A stretch of DNA of 25,396 bases, taken from the NCBI RefSeq assembly GCF_006345805.1, contig NW_021836098.1, positions 1 through 25,396 on the forward strand, given 5' to 3'. The notes below the pieces were generated by a model that was not told where the DNA came from, searched no databases, and saw only the letters and a list, made by a program, of their open reading frames with translations. This document shows, one piece after another, positions 21,086 to 25,396 of this stretch. Origin of the DNA: Octopus sinensis. Its lineage: Eukaryota. Each line of letters begins with the position of its first letter. Position 1 is the first letter of the stretch. A program made the translations under genes and the position numbers.

Positions 21086-21363
21086 TAATAATAATAATAA
21101 TAATGATAATAATATAATAATAATAATAAAATAATATAAAATGATAATAATAATAATAATAAGATAATACTAATAATAATAATAATAAATAATAATAAAA
21201 TAATAATAATAATAATAATAATAATAAGATAATAATAATAATAATATGATAATAATAATAATATATAATAATAATAATAATAATAATAATGATATAATAT
21301 AATATAATAATAAAATATAATAATAATAATGATAATAATAATAATAATAATAGATAATATATA

Positions 21364-21396
<33 letters not shown>

Positions 21397-21430
21397 AATA
21401 ATAATAATAATGATAATAATAATAATAATA

Positions 21431-21462
<32 letters not shown>

Positions 21463-21494
21463 TAATAATATATAATATGATAATAATAATAATA

Positions 21495-21563
<69 letters not shown>

Positions 21564-21825
21564 TAATAATAATAAAATAATAATAATATAATAATAATGA
21601 TAATAATAATAATAATATAATAATAATGATAATAATAATAATAATAATAATGATAATAATAATAAAATAATAATAATAATAATGATAATATAATAATAAA
21701 TAATAAAATAATAATATAATAATGATAATAATAATAATAATAATAATAATAATATGATAATAATAATAATAATAATAATGATAATAATAATAATAATTTT
21801 AATAATGATAATAATAATAATAATA

Positions 21826-21856
<31 letters not shown>

Positions 21857-22419
21857 AATATAATATAATAATTAATAATGATAATAATAATAATAATATA
21901 TGATAATAATAATAATAATAATAATAATAATATAATAATAATAATAAAATAATAATAATATAATAATAATAATAATAATAATGATATAATAATAATAATA
22001 ATGAAATAATAATAATAATAATAATAATAATATAATATGATAATAATAATAACTAATATAATAATCAATAATATAATAATAATAATAATAATGATAATAA
22101 TAATAATAAATAATAATAATAATGATAATAATATAATAATAATAATAATATAATGATATAATAATAATATAATAATAATAATAATGATAATAAAATAATA
22201 ATAATATAATAATATAATAATAATGATAATAATAATAATAATAATGATAATAATAAATAATAATAATAATAATAATATGATAATATAATATAATAATAAT
22301 GATAATAATAAATAATAATAATAATAATGATAATAATAATAATAATGATATAATAATAATAATAATAATAATATAATAATACTGATAATAATAATAATAA
22401 TAATATAATAATAATAATA
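20715..22419. repeat. ~1.7-kb (AAT)n array with GAT interruptions and 1-bp deletions
   Basis: Directly visible. ORFs 21799..22434 and 21872..22615 are artefacts. Confidence 0.97.
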
Positions 22420-22860
22420 TCTGCTCAATACCACAGACTTGCTTGTCAGTTACTTGACTGTAACTAGTTGAGCATGCCCCTTGGTAGCTGACGATATGTG
22501 CATCTCTGATCATGAGCAGAAGTACTGGGCGGGGGGTATCATAGCCATGTGTTGAGAGGAATTCTTTGGGGTTTGAATAATTCACCTGTGGAAACATGGG
22601 TATTTTGCTCATCATCTTTGAAACAAACCTTATTCAGGGACCTTTTGAGCAGGATGGGCTACTCAACCAGAAGAAAATTCTAACTGGGCCCCACCTGCAA
22701 GGTCAAGTGCTGTTTATCTTGATATGAGATCACCATGTCACGCACATATGGTTGTGATGCATGTGCCTGATGTACCCTTATCTGATGGGTAGTCATGATG
22801 GGTATACTGGGCTTTGTATATTTTACTCCAGTGTCACTTTGATGGCTTGCACTACTCTCT
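22420..22860 (+). mobile_element. Probable retroelement 3' end or non-autonomous repeat between triplet arrays
   Basis: Complex ~440-bp block bounded by (AAT)n and (AGT)n. It begins LLNTTDLLVSYLTVTS*, possibly an ORF terminus. The family assignment rests on recollection only. Confidence 0.35.
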
Positions 22861-23094
22861 AATCAATAGTAGTAGTAGTAGTAGTAGTAGTAGTAGCAGT
22901 AGTGGTGGCGGTGGTGGTGGTAATTGATTCTCGTGTGTTTTAGAGTTACATGAAATGAAGTGTGTTGTTCCCTGGCAAATGACAGCCGCTGACACAGACA
23001 GATATTTATAAATAGACAAACAAGGAAGTGAAAATGAAATTTGAAGGGAAAAAAGAAAAGCAACAACAGTGAAATGATTGAAAAGAATATTTGA

Positions 23095-23275
23095 AGAGAG
23101 GGAGGGAGAGAGGGAGGGAGAGAGAGGGGGTAGAGAGAGGGAGGGTAGAGAGGGAGAGAGGAGGGAGAGAGAGGGAGAGAGGAGAGGGAGAGAGAGAGGG
23201 AGAAGAGAGGGAGAGAGAGGGGAGAGAGGGGGAGGAGGGGAGAGAGGGGGAGGTAGGAGAGAGGGGGAGGTAAGA
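23095..23275. repeat. Purine-only (GA/GGA/GGGA) tract
   Basis: Directly visible. Confidence 0.9.
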
Positions 23276-23397
23276 ATAAGGCAAGTAGAGAAAAAACAAA
23301 AACAAAAAAAGTAACAGAAATGAAATGGGAAGCTGAATGAAGAGTCGGACTTTCCAAGCCTGCCATCACAACAACAATACAACGATATAAAGCTGAG

Positions 23398-24030
23398 AGG
23401 TGCAGGGGTGCTGTGTGGTAAAAAGCTTACTTCCCAACCACAAGGTACCAGGTTCAGTCACCTGTGTGGCACCTTGGGGAAGTGTCTTCTACTATAGCCT
23501 TGGGTTGACCAAAGCCTTGTGAGTGGATTTGGTAGATGGAAACTGAAAGAAGCCTGTCACGCACATATGTGTGTGTATGTATGTATGTATATCAAGGATG
23601 TATATTGCAGGTGTGCCAGGTGTGCACTGAACACCTGTCGACAGTGGAAAATTCATTATAAAATATTGACCTTACTCGTTAATTTAATCACAAATCTTAA
23701 CGCAAAACTTTTGTTAAGCTCCTGCTTGAAATTTGGTGGCACTGGGTGTGGCAGCACATCCAATACAATAATCACCATACGCCAGTGCGTATGTATGTAT
23801 ATGTAAGTATATATCTATGTGTCTACGTCTGTGCTTCCAACCCCCCCCCCACCAACACACAGCTTAACAACCGGTGTCGGCATATTTAGTCCCCGTAACT
23901 TAACAGTTCGGCAAAAGTATAAGTAGTAGGCTTTAAGGAGTAAGTCCTGGTGCCAATTTGTTTGACTAAAAGACTTCAAGGCAGTGCCCCAGCATGGCCA
24001 CAGTCTCACAACTAAACAAATAAAAGAATA
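23398..24030 (+). mobile_element. tRNA-derived CORE-like SINE family B, near full length with an AT-rich interior
   Basis: A box gctgtgtggtaa, ggttcagtc, CORE-like ggcaccttggggaagtgtcttct (23468-23490), and 3' tail ggcagtgccccagcatggccacag (23980-24003) followed by aaataaaagaataa. Confidence 0.7.
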
Positions 24031-24284
24031 AACAATAGTCGCATTAGTTTAAGAATGGGGGTCAGTGCCTTGACAGCGTCTCACTGCACCTGCCATCTGT
24101 TGGTGACTCCTTACAACTCATGCAGCACTCGGTGACAACCTTCCAAACGCATGGGTCTGTTTGGGAAGTTGTTGCTGTTGAGGGTTTTACAAAGTCAGAG
24201 TACAAATCCAGCCTCATCCTCTATTAATCAGATTTTATGATAAGCAGAGGAAATGCTGGGTCTATGCTTTGACATGTCAGTCCC

Positions 24285-24400
24285 CACATGGCTGCAGAGC
24301 AATGTGAAATGAAGGGTTCTGTTCAGGGACATGCCACCTGAGTCGAGGATCGAACCCACAATCTCATGTCATGCATACAGCAGCCTAACCACCGAGCCAT
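24285..24400 (-). mobile_element. tRNA-derived SINE head
   Basis: ggatcgaaccc is the reverse complement of a B box; taaccaccgagccat is the reverse complement of an A box. Confidence 0.6.
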
Positions 24401-24414
24401 ATCCTTTCCAACCC

Positions 24415-24510
24415 CATGGCTTCAGGTTCAATCCTGCTGCGCCGCACATTGGACCAGCCAAAGACTTGTGAGATGATTTGGTAGATGGAGACTGTAAGAA
24501 GCCCATCATA
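24415..24510 (+). mobile_element. Partial SINE family B head
   Basis: caggttcaatcc..ccaaagacttgtgagatgatttggtagatggagactgtaagaagccc resembles 23450-23556. Confidence 0.55.
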
Positions 24511-24590
24511 TATATCTATGTAAATACATATTTATATATACACATAAATACATAAATACATACATATATATATATAATCATCATCATCGT

Positions 24591-24861
24591 CGTTTAACGT
24601 CCGTTCTCCATGCTAGCATGGGTTGGACGGTTCGACCGGGGTTCTGGGAAGCCAGAAGGCTGCACCAGGCTCCAGTCTAATTTGGCAATGTTTTCTACAG
24701 CTGGATGCCCTTCCTAACGCCAACCACTCCGTGAGTGTAGTGGGTGCTTTTTACGTGCCACCTGCACAGGTGCCAGGCGGGGCTGGCAACGGCCACGGTC
24801 AGATTGGTGTATTTTATGTGCCACCCGCACGGAAGCCACGGACGGTGCTGGCATCGGCCAC
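24591..24861 (-). mobile_element. SINE family C 3' part (continues into the tandem array)
   Basis: Matches 2007-2180; a (GAT)n/(TA)n tail lies at the left end. Confidence 0.8.
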
Positions 24862-25396
24862 GAGTTGGATAGTGCTTTTTACGTACCACCAGACCAGGGA
24901 TCCTGGCTGGTTCAATTCGATTTCGATTTCGCTTGCCCCAACATGTCTTCACAAGCAAAGGGGGTTGGCAAGGGTGCCTGTCATACGGTCGCATTGGAGT
25001 ATTTTACGTGCCACGGCCACGAGTCGGATAGTGCTTTTTACGTACCACCAGACCAGGGATCCTGGCTGGTTCAATTCGATTTCGATTTCGCCTTGCCCCA
25101 ACATGTCTTCACAAGCAAAGGGGGTTGGCAAGGGTGCCTGTCATACGGTCGCATTGGAGTATTTTACGTGCCACGGCCACGAGTCGGATAGTGCTTTTTA
25201 CGTACCACCAGACCAGGGATCCTGGCTGGTTCAATTCGATTTCGATTTCGCTTGCCCCAACATGTCTTCACAAGCAAAGGAGGTTGGCATGGGTGCCTGT
25301 CGTACGGTCGCATTGGAGTATTTTACGTGCCACGGCCATGAGTCGGATAGTGCTTTTTACGTACCACCAGGCCAGGGATCCTGGCTGGTTCAATTC
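24862..25396. repeat. 159-bp tandem repeat, at least 3.4 near-identical copies, running off the window
   Basis: Unit starts gagt(c/t)ggatagtgc at 24862, 25021, 25181 and 25340. Confidence 0.95.

Noticed and set aside
21799-23382. Long Ile/Tyr/Leu-rich and Glu/Arg/Gly-rich ORFs
   Set aside because: These are translations of the (AAT)n and (GA)n microsatellites.
24862-25396. 159-bp unit as a retrozyme/hammerhead repeat or CRISPR array
   Set aside because: No CTGANGA...GAAA core was seen on either strand, and there are no variable spacers.

Overview
AT-rich, microsatellite- and retroposon-dense eukaryotic DNA. The SINE families resemble ones I recall from Octopus-like cephalopods; that assignment is an inference. 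The one substantial gene-like locus is at ~4059-9495 (+). The ORF track splits it into pieces (4242, 4563, 5038, 6975, 8401), but these read as one intron-free coding exon of about 1,800 codons broken only by 1-bp indels. It encodes six tandem ~230-290-aa beta-propeller (NHL/TolB-like) modules with the same blade order and no recognisable RING or B-box. The rest of the window holds tRNA-derived SINEs, a ~190-bp fold-back element, an L1/Tx1-like LINE relic joined head-to-head to a CR1/L2-type RT relic, a second CR1 3' end, and an R4/Dong-like 3' end inside TAA repeats. It also has a 1.7-kb (AAT)n array, a GTC-to-ATC graded triplet array and a 159-bp tandem repeat at the right edge. No rRNA, intact tRNA or CRISPR array is supported.
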